The notes: generated by a model from the sequence alone, not told the origin. Counted from the whole stretch's first letter, positions 39,354 through 49,651 are shown. The stretch: 63,708 nt of DNA, filler included, from 4 parts of 4 records of this genome joined end to end with filler, not necessarily neighbours in it, one strand, 5' to 3'. Translations and numbers: made by a program.

Positions 39354-39812
39354 ATGTATTCAATAGGTTTTGATAACACTATAATCAAAAGTCTAGAGCT
39401 AGTAGATACTAATCTCCTTTTTCCTCACGAGAAAACAATTAAAAAAAATTCGTCAACACTAACCAATTTTTTAAAATCATTTGAGGATTATATTATAATC
39501 TCTTCTATTTTATGCTGCTCTAAAACAATGGTTATAATTGATGGTCATCACAGGTATTTTACCCTTAAAAAGCTTGGCTTTAAAAAAATTCCTGTAACTA
39601 AAATTGATTACTTTTCTAAAAGTATTGTCACAAATAAAACAGAAAAATACTCTAAACAAGAAATTATTGATAATGCCATCAGTGGTAAATTAATGGAGCC
39701 TAAAAGTACTAGTCATAAAATTTATTGTAATAAGTCAAAAAGATGGCAACCTATAATGCTATTATCAAGTTTATTTAAAATTGATGTTAAATCTTCTCTG
39801 GAAAATCTGTAA
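39354..39812 (+). CDS. ParB/sulfiredoxin-fold protein, short SerK/SbnI-like form
   Basis: LFPHE, IIDGHHR, KLG..KIPV..IDY, PKSTSH. Confidence 0.7.
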   Translation: MYSIGFDNTIIKSLELVDTNLLFPHEKTIKKNSSTLTNFLKSFEDYIIISSILCCSKTMVIIDGHHRYFTLKKLGFKKIPVTKIDYFSKSIVTNKTEKYSKQEIIDNAISGKLMEPKSTSHKIYCNKSKRWQPIMLLSSLFKIDVKSSLENL

Positions 39813-40524
39813 TTATACCGTCAACCTTTAGGCTTTTAACTTTAATTATATCTAATTTATTATTTACTGTCCAAGTATATATTTTAAGCCCTGAACTAAA
39901 TATTTTTTTAACATTTTTCTGATTTAATGTCTTATAATTAGGATTAATTGCAATCGCATTTAAAGTTAAAGCAGGAGAGATGGCTTTCAGAGGATCTTCC
40001 TCAGTAATAAGTGCTATTTTTACATCACTGTCTAAGTTTCTTAATTTAGATAATTCATCCCAATTAAAGCTTGAAAACAATATATTTGACAGATTGATTT
40101 TCCCTAATTTAACATATTTATTAACTATCTCTAAAGATCCTTTTGAAGTATTAGACCCTTTTAATTCGATGTTTAAAAACACTTCTTTACCAATCGATTT
40201 AAAAACTTCATCAAGGGTTGGAATTGAATGTTTAGATCCTAAAATATTTAACTCTTTTAGTTCTGAAAGAGATTTTTCTTCAATATAACCCGTTCCATTG
40301 GTTAAATTGTTTAATGTCTTATCATGAAACAAAACTATCTCTCCAGTTAAACAGCGAAAAACATCAATCTCAATTCCGTCAGCGCCTAACTCAATAGCCT
40401 TTTTAATTGACGCAATAGTGTTCTCGGCTACATGACCTTTTGCGCCACGATGACCAATATTTAAAATTGAATTTTGTGCATTTAAGTTGACAAAAAATAA
40501 AAGAAGAAAAATTACTTTTTTCAT
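39787..40524 (-). CDS. Glycerophosphodiester phosphodiesterase
   Basis: GHRGA, ENT, IEID, HD, NIELK, WTVN, DGIITDFP; signal peptide. Confidence 0.92.
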   Translation of the reverse strand: MKKVIFLLLFFVNLNAQNSILNIGHRGAKGHVAENTIASIKKAIELGADGIEIDVFRCLTGEIVLFHDKTLNNLTNGTGYIEEKSLSELKELNILGSKHSIPTLDEVFKSIGKEVFLNIELKGSNTSKGSLEIVNKYVKLGKINLSNILFSSFNWDELSKLRNLDSDVKIALITEEDPLKAISPALTLNAIAINPNYKTLNQKNVKKIFSSGLKIYTWTVNNKLDIIKVKSLKVDGIITDFPEKI

Positions 40525-40570
40525 AAAATTTAATATAAAATTGATAATACAATTTAGTTATATTTAATTA

Positions 40571-41095
40571 ATGGATTTAACGCTGAAAAATTTAGTTGAG
40601 GCAGAACAAAAGGCTCAACAATTATTTAACGAAATAGAAAATAAAAATATTCTTATTGCTGGAAATTCTGAAAACAAAATAAATGAATTGATTTTCGACT
40701 TAGCATTTAACATGTTTGGAATAAAAAAATACTGGCATAAAAGAATAGTAAGGTGTGGGGAAAACACTTTATATCCTTATAATGAAAATCCAGAAAATTT
40801 GATTTTAAAAAAAGATGACATATTATTTCTAGATTTTGGTCCTATATTCGAAGAATGGGAAGCGGATTTTGGAAGAACTTATGTTGTTGGAAACAACCCT
40901 TTGAAAAAAAAATTAAAGAATGATATTGAAAAGGCTTGGTATGAGGGCAAAAAACATTTTAACTCAAAGACAAAAATAACTGGGGCACAATTATATAGCT
41001 ACTGTAATGGGTTAGCTAAAAAATACGGATGGGAGTTTGGCGGAGAAATTGCAGGTCACATAATAGGACAATATCCTCACGAAAAACTTGAAAAA
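40571..41095 (+). CDS. M24-family metallopeptidase (3'-truncated)
   Basis: WHKRIVR.G.NT, LDFGP, EADFGRT, AGH; runs into the linker. Confidence 0.8.
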
Positions 41096-41195
41096 NNNNN
41101 NNNNNNNNNNNNNNNNNNNNNNNNNNNNNNNNNNNNNNNTTAATTAATTAANNNNNNNNNNNNNNNNNNNNNNNNNNNNNNNNNNNNNNNNNNNN
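41096..41195. other. Artificial contig linker
   Basis: N44-TTAATTAATTAA-N44. Confidence 0.97.
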
Positions 41196-41196
41196 A

Positions 41197-42060
41197 AAAA
41201 TTTTTGATAATATTTGGATTCAACCTGCTGCCGGTGACGCAGGAGGTTCATTGGGTTCTGCTTTAGCTTTGTGGCATGTAGAGCAAGGCAATAAAAGAGA
41301 AGTTAATTTGAAAGACAATATGAAAGGATCATATTTAGGACCCGAATATTCTCAAGATCAAATTGAAAGTGAATTAAAAAAAATTGGAGCTAGATTTAAT
41401 ATATTCAATTATGAAGAGTTAATTGATCAAACAGCAAATTATTTATCTCAAGAAAATGCTATTGGTTGGTTTCAAGGGAGAATGGAATTTGGACCAAGAG
41501 CTTTGGGAGGTAGATCAATTTTAGGTGATCCAAGATCAGAAAAAATGCAAAAAAATTTAAACTTAAAAGTCAAATATAGAGAAAGTTTTCGCCCATTTGC
41601 CCCATCAATTTTGAGAGAAGATTTATCTCATTGGTTTGATATAAATGTTGATAGTCCTTATATGCTCTTGGTAGCTAATATTAAGTCTGAAAAAAAAATA
41701 GAAATGACTGAGCAACAAAAAAAACTTTTTGGTATTGATAAATTGAACATTAAAAGATCAGAAATACCTGCAGTTACTCATGTTGATTACTCTGCCAGAT
41801 TACAGACTGTTACTAAAGATAATAATAAATATTATTATGATTTAATTTCTAAATTTAAGGAGAAAACAGGTTGTCCTGTTATCGTTAACACATCTTTCAA
41901 TGTTCGTGGTGAGCCTATTGTTAATACTCCAAAAGATGCATTTAATTGTTTTATGGGTACCGAATTAGATTTTCTTATTATAGGAAATTGTATTTTAGAC
42001 AAAAAAGATCAAGATATAAATCTTAAAAAAGATTATTCAAACGAGTTTGAATTAGATTAA
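41197..42060 (+). CDS. O-carbamoyltransferase (NodU/CmcH family), C-terminal part (5'-truncated)
   Basis: Open frame from the contig edge: QPAAGDAGG, GRMEFGPRALG.RS, KYRESFRPFAP, HVDYSARLQTV, NTSFNVRGEP. Confidence 0.92.
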   Translation, partial: KIFDNIWIQPAAGDAGGSLGSALALWHVEQGNKREVNLKDNMKGSYLGPEYSQDQIESELKKIGARFNIFNYEELIDQTANYLSQENAIGWFQGRMEFGPRALGGRSILGDPRSEKMQKNLNLKVKYRESFRPFAPSILREDLSHWFDINVDSPYMLLVANIKSEKKIEMTEQQKKLFGIDKLNIKRSEIPAVTHVDYSARLQTVTKDNNKYYYDLISKFKEKTGCPVIVNTSFNVRGEPIVNTPKDAFNCFMGTELDFLIIGNCILDKKDQDINLKKDYSNEFELD

Positions 42061-42139
42061 ATTTATATATTTAATTTATGATATATTACTTTAAAAAATT
42101 ATTAAAAAAAGTATTTATAAATTTAAAATTTAAAATTAA

Positions 42140-43927
42140 TTGAAAAATAATTTAGTTATATACCCATCTAATCAGTTCTACTTAAATAATTTAAATAATA
42201 TTTTTATCGATAGGTTTGTGTCTGATCAATATTATGAAAATATAAATTATTCAGATGAATCTCAATACGTAATTACAAAAATTGACTCAAAAACTAGAAA
42301 AGAAAATTTTTCATTAGCAGATAGAGTATTTTATGAAATTTTAGATTGCATCAAAAATGAATTTAATTTCATTTTCAAAAATAATTTTGATATAAAATTT
42401 TATGAAATTATAATTGGTCCATGGCTAAGATATTTTGTTTACCAATTTATTAATAAATATAAGGCAATTTTAACTGCCATCAATAATCACAGTATAGATA
42501 TGTGTACAATTTATGATACATCAGAATTATTATATTTTTTTAATAATACAGAGTTATTATCTAATGCAGCAAATGATAATAAATGGAATGCTGGTATTTA
42601 TTCTTATATTTTAGAAAATTTAAATACTAAAATAAAATTTAAAAAAATTATTTTAGAGGATAAAATATTATATAATTCAATTATAAAGAAGAAAAAAAAA
42701 AATAAAGTTTACAACTTTTTAAATTATTTATCTGATAAAATACCAAATTATTCAAATGGCCTCATTTATAGGACTGGTTTTGGAGGTCATGGTTTTTATT
42801 ATGAAAAAAAATTAGAAGTTACCTTAAAACAAATACCAAGATATTATAAATTAGACTTTGAATATAACATTTCAAAATATAATTTGAATTTTAGATCTAA
42901 ATTTAATTTTGAAAAGTTTCAAAGAAAAGATTCATATAATCACAATAATGAATTTGTTAAAGTTTGTGACTTAATATTAGGTATTTTGTCTAAATCTATT
43001 CCAATTATTTTTATTGAAGATTTTAATTATATGATGAATTTTTCAGATAAACTTAACTTTCCAAAAAAACCTGAATTTATTTTAACTAGTTTTGCTCATG
43101 AAACAATAGAACCTTTCAAGTTTTATTTGGCCTGTCAAAAATTTAAGAATAAAAAATTAAAGTACTTTATTTATCAGCATGGAAGTTCATTTATTACAAG
43201 TATAGACTCTAGTTATGGACATGTATTTAAAACTGCAGATTTTGTTATAATTTGGGGCAAGACAAAAGACCCAATTTTCAAAAATATTATAAGCCATCAA
43301 AATTTTAAACTTCTAGACAAAAGGTATTTTGCAGATAAACAGTGTGACGATATATTAATTTTTATGAGATCATCTGGTTCTAATTTATCACCATATGATA
43401 TTTATAGTGAAAAAATTAATAAGATAAATTTAATGTTAGAATTTTTAAAGAAAATTGATAATAAATTTAAATCTAAAATAATTATAAGAGCTCATCCAAA
43501 CGCTAAAAAAATATTTAAAAAATATGATGATTTTTTCAATATTAATGATCACAAATATAAATTAGATTATGGTAAAATACCTTATTTTAAAGCCTTAAAT
43601 AGAGCTAAGCTTATAATTTTTGGGTATGACTCTTCTGGTATTCTCGAAGCAATAATTGCAAACAAGCCATTTGTATGTTTGTGGCCTAATTTATTTGAAC
43701 ATTTAAATGAATTTGTAAAAGCAGACTATAAATTGTTAAAAGAGGTTAAGATATTATTTGATAATCCTGATGAACTTAGTGAACATATTAAAAACAACTG
43801 GGAAAATTTAAATGATTGGTGGCTTGAAGAAGATACGCAAAGAAATTTGAAAAAATTTTCAGAGAACTTTTCAATAAAGCCTGATAAAAATTTTTATAAA
43901 AATCTGAATAAAATGTTAATTAATTAA
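42140..43927 (+). CDS. Putative glycan transferase, LIC12162-like
   Basis: IIIGPWL, YQHGS, WG, RAHP, YDSSG.LEA..ANKP, WW; typical of surface-glycan clusters. Confidence 0.65.
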   Translation: MKNNLVIYPSNQFYLNNLNNIFIDRFVSDQYYENINYSDESQYVITKIDSKTRKENFSLADRVFYEILDCIKNEFNFIFKNNFDIKFYEIIIGPWLRYFVYQFINKYKAILTAINNHSIDMCTIYDTSELLYFFNNTELLSNAANDNKWNAGIYSYILENLNTKIKFKKIILEDKILYNSIIKKKKKNKVYNFLNYLSDKIPNYSNGLIYRTGFGGHGFYYEKKLEVTLKQIPRYYKLDFEYNISKYNLNFRSKFNFEKFQRKDSYNHNNEFVKVCDLILGILSKSIPIIFIEDFNYMMNFSDKLNFPKKPEFILTSFAHETIEPFKFYLACQKFKNKKLKYFIYQHGSSFITSIDSSYGHVFKTADFVIIWGKTKDPIFKNIISHQNFKLLDKRYFADKQCDDILIFMRSSGSNLSPYDIYSEKINKINLMLEFLKKIDNKFKSKIIIRAHPNAKKIFKKYDDFFNINDHKYKLDYGKIPYFKALNRAKLIIFGYDSSGILEAIIANKPFVCLWPNLFEHLNEFVKADYKLLKEVKILFDNPDELSEHIKNNWENLNDWWLEEDTQRNLKKFSENFSIKPDKNFYKNLNKMLIN

Positions 43928-44953
43928 ATGAAAAAAAAAAAGAATATTAAACTAAGCATTTGTATACCAACATATAATAGGCCAACCCATTTAGAAAATT
44001 GTTTAGAAGCAATTTATATAAGCCAAAAAAATTGTAAAAAACCTAGTATTGAAGTTTGCGTCTCAGATAATGGCTCAAAACATGATATTAGAAAGATTAT
44101 AAAGAGGTATTCAAAAAAATTAAATATAAAATTTAACAGATTTAATCGTAACTTGGGAATTACTCCTAATTTTTTAAAAGTAGTAGACATGGCAGCTGGT
44201 GAATTTGTATGGACTATCGGTAATGATGATTTACTTTTACCAAATTCATTAAATAAAATTTTTCAACTTTTAAAAAAATATAAAAAAACAGATTATTTTT
44301 TTATTAATTCATATAATTTAAATTCAAATTATCTAGAAAAATATAAACATCCTTTTTCAACCTATAATTTACCAAACAATATGGAAAAATTTTCTAAAAT
44401 AAATAAAAGTAAGTCAACTAAATTTTGGGAATTAATTGATCCGGATGTTTCTTTTGATTTTTTATTAGGAATGTTTTTTTCTCTATTTAGAAGAAAATTA
44501 TGGAATGAAAATGTCAAATATATAAATATGACAAACGCAAAAGATAAAAGATGGATGTCAACACCAGATAACACATATTTTAATACAATTATATTTGCCA
44601 ATGCTTTTAAAAATTCAAAAGCATATTTTCAAGCTAATCCATTAAGTGTAAATCTTGGTGGTGTAAGAGAGTGGGTAGCAATGTATGAGTTTATAGTAAT
44701 AGTAAGAATACCTGGAATTTTAGATTATTATAGATCAAGAGGCTTACCATTTATTCAATATTATCGATGTAAAAATTTTGCATTGAGAGATTTTGCTAAG
44801 TGTATGGGTAAAATTCTTTTATCTAAAGATAGAAGAGCTTATAATTATTTTAATTTTTGGATGTATATATTAAAAAATTTACATTTTTATAATATTTATT
44901 TTTCTTTTTTTTATCCAATATTTAGAAAATTTAAAACTTTTTTAGGAAAATGA
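43928..44953 (+). CDS. Glycosyltransferase family 2
   Basis: SICIPTYNR, VSDNGS, NLG, GNDD. Confidence 0.88.
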   Translation: MKKKKNIKLSICIPTYNRPTHLENCLEAIYISQKNCKKPSIEVCVSDNGSKHDIRKIIKRYSKKLNIKFNRFNRNLGITPNFLKVVDMAAGEFVWTIGNDDLLLPNSLNKIFQLLKKYKKTDYFFINSYNLNSNYLEKYKHPFSTYNLPNNMEKFSKINKSKSTKFWELIDPDVSFDFLLGMFFSLFRRKLWNENVKYINMTNAKDKRWMSTPDNTYFNTIIFANAFKNSKAYFQANPLSVNLGGVREWVAMYEFIVIVRIPGILDYYRSRGLPFIQYYRCKNFALRDFAKCMGKILLSKDRRAYNYFNFWMYILKNLHFYNIYFSFFYPIFRKFKTFLGK

Positions 44954-45723
44954 AATATTTAGTTGTTTGTGGTGGAGATAGATCAAAGCATAAAGTTGCT
45001 TTAAGTATATTGAAATATTTTATCAAAGAACAAAAAAATAACACAAAAAATATTTTTGTTTGTGTTGTAGATGCAAATAAAGAGATATGTGATTTTTTGA
45101 AAAAAAAAAAAATTAATTTTCTTTCAAAAAATATTAAAAATTATTTACTTAATTTAGAAACATATAGTTTCGATTGGCTGTTAAATATTTGGGGCTCCCT
45201 TATTTATAAGAATAAAATTTTAAAGAAATTTAAAAATAATCTTAATTTACACCCTTCCTATTTACCTTATGCTAAAGGTAAAGACCCTTACGTTTGGAGT
45301 ATACAAAAACAATATCCTTTAGGGGTAACCATACATGAAATGAATAGTAAAATTGATAGTGGAAAATTTTTTGTAAGAAAAAAATTTACTTTGGATTTCC
45401 CATATAATGGTGGGGATGTATTTGATCAATCCTTAAAACAATGCATTGTGGAATTTAAAAAAAATTGGAAAAATATTAGAAATCAAAAAATTAAAAAAAA
45501 GAAACTAAAAAAAACTAAAGTTAAAACTTTTAAAAGGGCTGATTTAGTTTATGACAATTTTATAGATTTAAATAAAAAAAATAATATAATTTTGAAAAAA
45601 TTCATCTATAAAGTATTAAGTCATGATTTTAATTTTAATAAGTTACAATTAAAAATTAATAAAAGTATTTACAACATAAAGATTGATTTAAAAAAAAGTA
45701 ATAAAAAAAATTGGTATAAATGA
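44950..45723 (+). CDS. Formyltransferase (sugar N-formyltransferase-like)
   Basis: NLHPSYLP..KG..P and GVTIH......IDSG, retaining the Asn/His/Asp catalytic residues. Confidence 0.75.
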   Translation: MKYLVVCGGDRSKHKVALSILKYFIKEQKNNTKNIFVCVVDANKEICDFLKKKKINFLSKNIKNYLLNLETYSFDWLLNIWGSLIYKNKILKKFKNNLNLHPSYLPYAKGKDPYVWSIQKQYPLGVTIHEMNSKIDSGKFFVRKKFTLDFPYNGGDVFDQSLKQCIVEFKKNWKNIRNQKIKKKKLKKTKVKTFKRADLVYDNFIDLNKKNNIILKKFIYKVLSHDFNFNKLQLKINKSIYNIKIDLKKSNKKNWYK

Positions 45724-46886
45724 AAAATATAAGATTATTTCAACCTTCTTTAGATTCAAGAGAGTTAAACTCTATAAAAAAAGTTTTTAAAAAATCTTGG
45801 ATAGGATATGGAACAGAAGTTCAAAAATTTGAAAGAGAATGGAGTAAATTTTTTAATGTTAAACATAGTATTGCGGTTAACTCGTGTACAGCAGCATTAC
45901 ATCTATCACTTTTGTGTAATAATTTTAAAAAAGGAAAAAAAGTTTTAGTACCAGCTATAACTTTTAGTGCAACTGCAGCAGCAGTTCTTTATTGTGGTTT
46001 AATACCAGTGTTTGTAGATATAAATAATGATGATTTAAATATGAATATTGAAGACATGAAAAAAAAATTCACAAAAGATTGTGTTGCGGTTATGCCAGTT
46101 CATTTTGGAGGACATCCATGTGAGATGGACAAAATTATGAGTTGGGCCAATAAAAAAAAAATTATTGTAATAGAGGATTGTGCTGAAACTTGTGGTGGTT
46201 ATTATAAAGGAAAAAAGCTTGGTACATGGGGGCACTTTGGATGCTTTAGTTTTGAAGAAAAAAAAATGATGACCACTGGTGATGGTGGTATGATTGTTAC
46301 AAACAATATGACCAGTGCAAAAAAACTAAAATCATTAAGTTTCCATGGATGGGACAAAGACCCCTTACTTAGACACAAACAAAGATATTTAAAAAATTCT
46401 CAAAATTCTAAAAAAAATTTACATTGGTATTATGAAATTAAATATCTAGGATATAAATATAATATGAATGATCTTGAAGCATCAATTGGAAGAGTTCAGT
46501 TGAAGAAACTTTCTTTTTTAAATAATTCAAGAATAGATTTTTTAAAACAATACTTAAAAAATTTAAAAAGATGTAAAAACTTAATTCCTACATTTCCTTA
46601 TAACTTAAAAAAATCCTCATATTGGATGTTTTCAATCAGAACTCAAAATAGAGATAAATTAATTTCATTTTTGAAAAAGAATAATATTTCATCAAGTGTT
46701 CATTTGATGCCTCTACCTCTCCACCCACTATATAAAAAATATAAAGCAAAAATTCCTAATGCTTTAAAAATTTGGAAAGAATTAATTACTTTGCCTCTCC
46801 ACCCAAATTTAAAAAAAAAAGAAATAAATTATATCAATGGCAAACTTAAAGAATTTAGTTTAGAAAGAAATGCATATGAGATGTAA
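45720..46886 (+). CDS. DegT/DnrJ/EryC1/StrS nucleotide-sugar aminotransferase
   Basis: NSCTAAL, VHFGG, EDCAE, SFEEKKMMTTGDGG (PLP Lys), GYKYNM, LPLHP. Confidence 0.9.
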   Translation: MKNIRLFQPSLDSRELNSIKKVFKKSWIGYGTEVQKFEREWSKFFNVKHSIAVNSCTAALHLSLLCNNFKKGKKVLVPAITFSATAAAVLYCGLIPVFVDINNDDLNMNIEDMKKKFTKDCVAVMPVHFGGHPCEMDKIMSWANKKKIIVIEDCAETCGGYYKGKKLGTWGHFGCFSFEEKKMMTTGDGGMIVTNNMTSAKKLKSLSFHGWDKDPLLRHKQRYLKNSQNSKKNLHWYYEIKYLGYKYNMNDLEASIGRVQLKKLSFLNNSRIDFLKQYLKNLKRCKNLIPTFPYNLKKSSYWMFSIRTQNRDKLISFLKKNNISSSVHLMPLPLHPLYKKYKAKIPNALKIWKELITLPLHPNLKKKEINYINGKLKEFSLERNAYEM

Positions 46887-48153
46887 AAACTGCAATAATA
46901 CCAAGTTAAAAAAAGTATTTAGAATAGGCAAACAGGTAATAAGTAGTGTTTTTTATAATAAGCCTAAGACAGGTTTAAAAAAATATTCTTTAGATTTATA
47001 TAAGTGCTCCAAATGTGACTTGGTACAATTTAGTTCATTACCACCATTAGAAGATATGTATGGCTTGACTTATGGTTACAATACTTCCTTAAGTCCATTA
47101 ATGGTCAATCATATGAGGGAAAAATTTAAGTTTTTAAAATCTAATTATAAGAAATTGCTTAAAGGTCAAATATTAGATATAGGATCAAATGATGGAACTT
47201 TCTTAAATCTTTTGAAAAGCTTAAAAGGTGTTAAATTATATGGTATGGACCCATCATCTAAAAAATTTCTTAAAAATTACAAAAAAAATATTTCTGTTAT
47301 TACAGATTTTTTTTCAAAAAAAAAATTATTAGAAAATATTTCATCTGAACAAGCTAAAAAAAAGTTTAACATTATAACTTCATTTGCGATGTTTTATGAT
47401 ATTGAAGATCCAAATAGCTTTTGTAAAGATATTTATGATCTTTTAAGCAAAAATGGAATTTGGATTGTAGAATTTTCTTACTTACCACTTCTATTTAAAA
47501 ATTTAACATATGATCAAATATGTCATGAACATGTTACTTATTATTCGTTAACAACTTTTAATAAAATTTTGAAAAATAATAATATGAAAGTTATTGATTT
47601 GAGCTTTAATGAAATTAATGGTGGAAGTATAGAAGTAATATGTGCAAAAAAATATTCTAAAATTGAGGCTAAACCAATTGTTAAAAAAACTTTTGATGAA
47701 GAGGCAAATATTAATAAAAATATTTTTAATCTTTTTCAAAATAGAGTTGATAATGTTAAAAAAACGTTGATTGAATTTTTGAAAAATATACCATCAAAAA
47801 ATATAATGGGTTATGGAGCCTCAACTAAAGGAAATATAGTCCTTAATCATTTAAAATTATCAAATAAAAACTTATCACATATTTGTGATGCTAACCCATT
47901 TAAATATGGCAGATATACTCCAGATAGCAATATCAAGATTATTTCAAAAAAAGAAATGAGAAAACGAAACCCAAAATATCTTTTAGTTTTAATTTGGTCT
48001 TTTAGATCTGAGGTCATAAAACAAGAAATTAACTATATTAAAAAAGGTGGAAAATTAATATTTCACCTACCTATTTTTCATGTAATAGATAAAAATAATT
48101 ATAAGAAATATTTAAATTCTAAATTTGACAGTTTGTCATACTCGATAAATTAA
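46870..48153 (+). CDS. NDP-hexose C-methyltransferase (zinc-binding, SAM-dependent)
   Basis: CKNC...CSKC zinc site, DIGSNDG, YDQICHEH..YY, GGS, YGASTKG. Confidence 0.85.
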   Translation: MHMRCKNCNNTKLKKVFRIGKQVISSVFYNKPKTGLKKYSLDLYKCSKCDLVQFSSLPPLEDMYGLTYGYNTSLSPLMVNHMREKFKFLKSNYKKLLKGQILDIGSNDGTFLNLLKSLKGVKLYGMDPSSKKFLKNYKKNISVITDFFSKKKLLENISSEQAKKKFNIITSFAMFYDIEDPNSFCKDIYDLLSKNGIWIVEFSYLPLLFKNLTYDQICHEHVTYYSLTTFNKILKNNNMKVIDLSFNEINGGSIEVICAKKYSKIEAKPIVKKTFDEEANINKNIFNLFQNRVDNVKKTLIEFLKNIPSKNIMGYGASTKGNIVLNHLKLSNKNLSHICDANPFKYGRYTPDSNIKIISKKEMRKRNPKYLLVLIWSFRSEVIKQEINYIKKGGKLIFHLPIFHVIDKNNYKKYLNSKFDSLSYSIN

Positions 48154-49209
48154 ATGTTGAATTTAAAATTTTTTAAAAATAAAAAAATTTTTATAACAGG
48201 GCACACTGGTTTCAAGGGATCTTGGTTATCATATATTCTTTATTTGAGTGGAGCAAAAGTTACTGGCTATAGTCTTAAGCCAAATACAAAACAAGATAAT
48301 TTTTATTTACTACAATTAGATAAAAAAATTAAAAATTATTATCATGATGTCAGAGATGAAGAAAATTTAAAAAAGAAAATTCAATTATCTAAACCGGATA
48401 TAATTTTTCATTTAGCCGCTCAACCTCTAGTTAGAGAGTCCTATAAGAATCCAAAATTTACGTTTTCTACAAATGTAATTGGAACGTTAAATATTTTAGA
48501 AATTATTCGTAAAACTAAAAGTATAAAATCTGCTGTAATAATTACATCAGACAAGTGTTACAAGAATTATGAAAAAAAAGAAGGATACTCAGAGATTAGT
48601 GAATTAGGTGGAGAAGACCCATACAGTGCATCAAAAGCTGCAGCAGAAAATATATTTTATTCTTACCAAAAATCTTTTTTCAAATATAGAAATAATGTTG
48701 GATTAGTTTCAGTTAGAGCAGGAAATGTAATAGGTGGAGGAGATTGGTCGCAAGATAGAATTATTCCAGATTTAATTAAATCAATAATTTTAAAAAAAAA
48801 ATTTATAATAAGAAGTCCAAAATCAACACGACCTTGGCAACATGTTTTCGATCTACTTAATGGCTATCTCATTTTAAGTAAAAAAATTTATAGAAATGAC
48901 AAATCTAATGGATCTTGGAATTTTGGACCGAACAAGAGTCAAGTAACAGTTAAAGAAGTAATTTCTAAGTTGATTAAAATTATGGGGATAAGAAAAAAGT
49001 ATTTTATAAAGATTGATAAAAAAATTAAAGAAACAGGTTTATTAAGCTTAAAAACAAATAAATCAAAAAAATACTTGAAATGGAAACCAAAACTTTCATT
49101 TATACAAACTCTAAAAATAACTGCTGCATGGTATTTATGTTATATTAAAGATAGAAAAAATATTCAAAAATTAAGTAAAATACAAGTAGAGGACTTTTTT
49201 AATGATTGA
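48154..49209 (+). CDS. rfbG: CDP-glucose 4,6-dehydratase
   Basis: TGHTGFKGSWL, HLAAQPLV, TSDKCY, DPYSASK, RAGNVIGGGDW, RPWQHV. Confidence 0.93.
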   Translation: MLNLKFFKNKKIFITGHTGFKGSWLSYILYLSGAKVTGYSLKPNTKQDNFYLLQLDKKIKNYYHDVRDEENLKKKIQLSKPDIIFHLAAQPLVRESYKNPKFTFSTNVIGTLNILEIIRKTKSIKSAVIITSDKCYKNYEKKEGYSEISELGGEDPYSASKAAAENIFYSYQKSFFKYRNNVGLVSVRAGNVIGGGDWSQDRIIPDLIKSIILKKKFIIRSPKSTRPWQHVFDLLNGYLILSKKIYRNDKSNGSWNFGPNKSQVTVKEVISKLIKIMGIRKKYFIKIDKKIKETGLLSLKTNKSKKYLKWKPKLSFIQTLKITAAWYLCYIKDRKNIQKLSKIQVEDFFND

Positions 49210-49651
49210 AGGAGTTAAAGTTATTCCAAAAAAACAAATCATAGATGAGCGAGGAAAAATTATGCATATGGTCAGAAATGATGACAAACATTTTACAAAA
49301 TTTGGAGAAGTGTATTTTTCTTATTCACATCCAAATACAGTTAAAGCTTGGCATCTTCATAAACGAATGACTGTAAATTACGTTTGTGTTATAGGAAAAA
49401 TTAAACTTGTTTTGTTTGATGATCGATCAGGAAGCTCTACAAAAGGAAAATTACAAGAAATATTTTTAACTACAGAAAATTATAGTTTAGTTAGTGTGCC
49501 TCCAGGCATATGGAATGGATTTAAATCTATAGAAAATAAATTTTCGATCATAGCAAATTGTTCAGATATACCTCATGAATCTGAAGAAATGTTAAGAAAG
49601 CCGCACAATGATCCATATTTTAATTATAGTTGGGATATAGAGATAATATGA
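49202..49651 (+). CDS. RmlC-like cupin nucleotide-sugar 3,5-epimerase
   Basis: DERG, KAWHLH, VLFDDR, PPGIWNGF. Confidence 0.8.
   Translation: MIEGVKVIPKKQIIDERGKIMHMVRNDDKHFTKFGEVYFSYSHPNTVKAWHLHKRMTVNYVCVIGKIKLVLFDDRSGSSTKGKLQEIFLTTENYSLVSVPPGIWNGFKSIENKFSIIANCSDIPHESEEMLRKPHNDPYFNYSWDIEII

Noticed and set aside
39354-39812. Chromosome/plasmid partitioning ParB or sign of a mobile element
   Set aside because: No HTH or dimerisation domain, no parA, and the motif is DGHHR rather than GERRxRA.
41096-41143. C-terminus of the M24 peptidase ORF (poly-X then stop)
   Set aside because: Read-through into the linker; the gene is truncated by the contig end and is not a pseudogene.
41197-42060. Saxitoxin (SxtI) or antibiotic biosynthesis cluster
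   Set aside because: No PKS, amidinotransferase or other toxin genes; the context is surface-glycan biosynthesis.
45720-46886. DdhC/RfbH (E1) dehydrase and a 3,6-dideoxyhexose pathway, suggested by neighbouring rfbF/rfbG
   Set aside because: The PLP site has Lys (SFEEKK) rather than the His of E1, and no E3 reductase is present; it is a standard aminotransferase.
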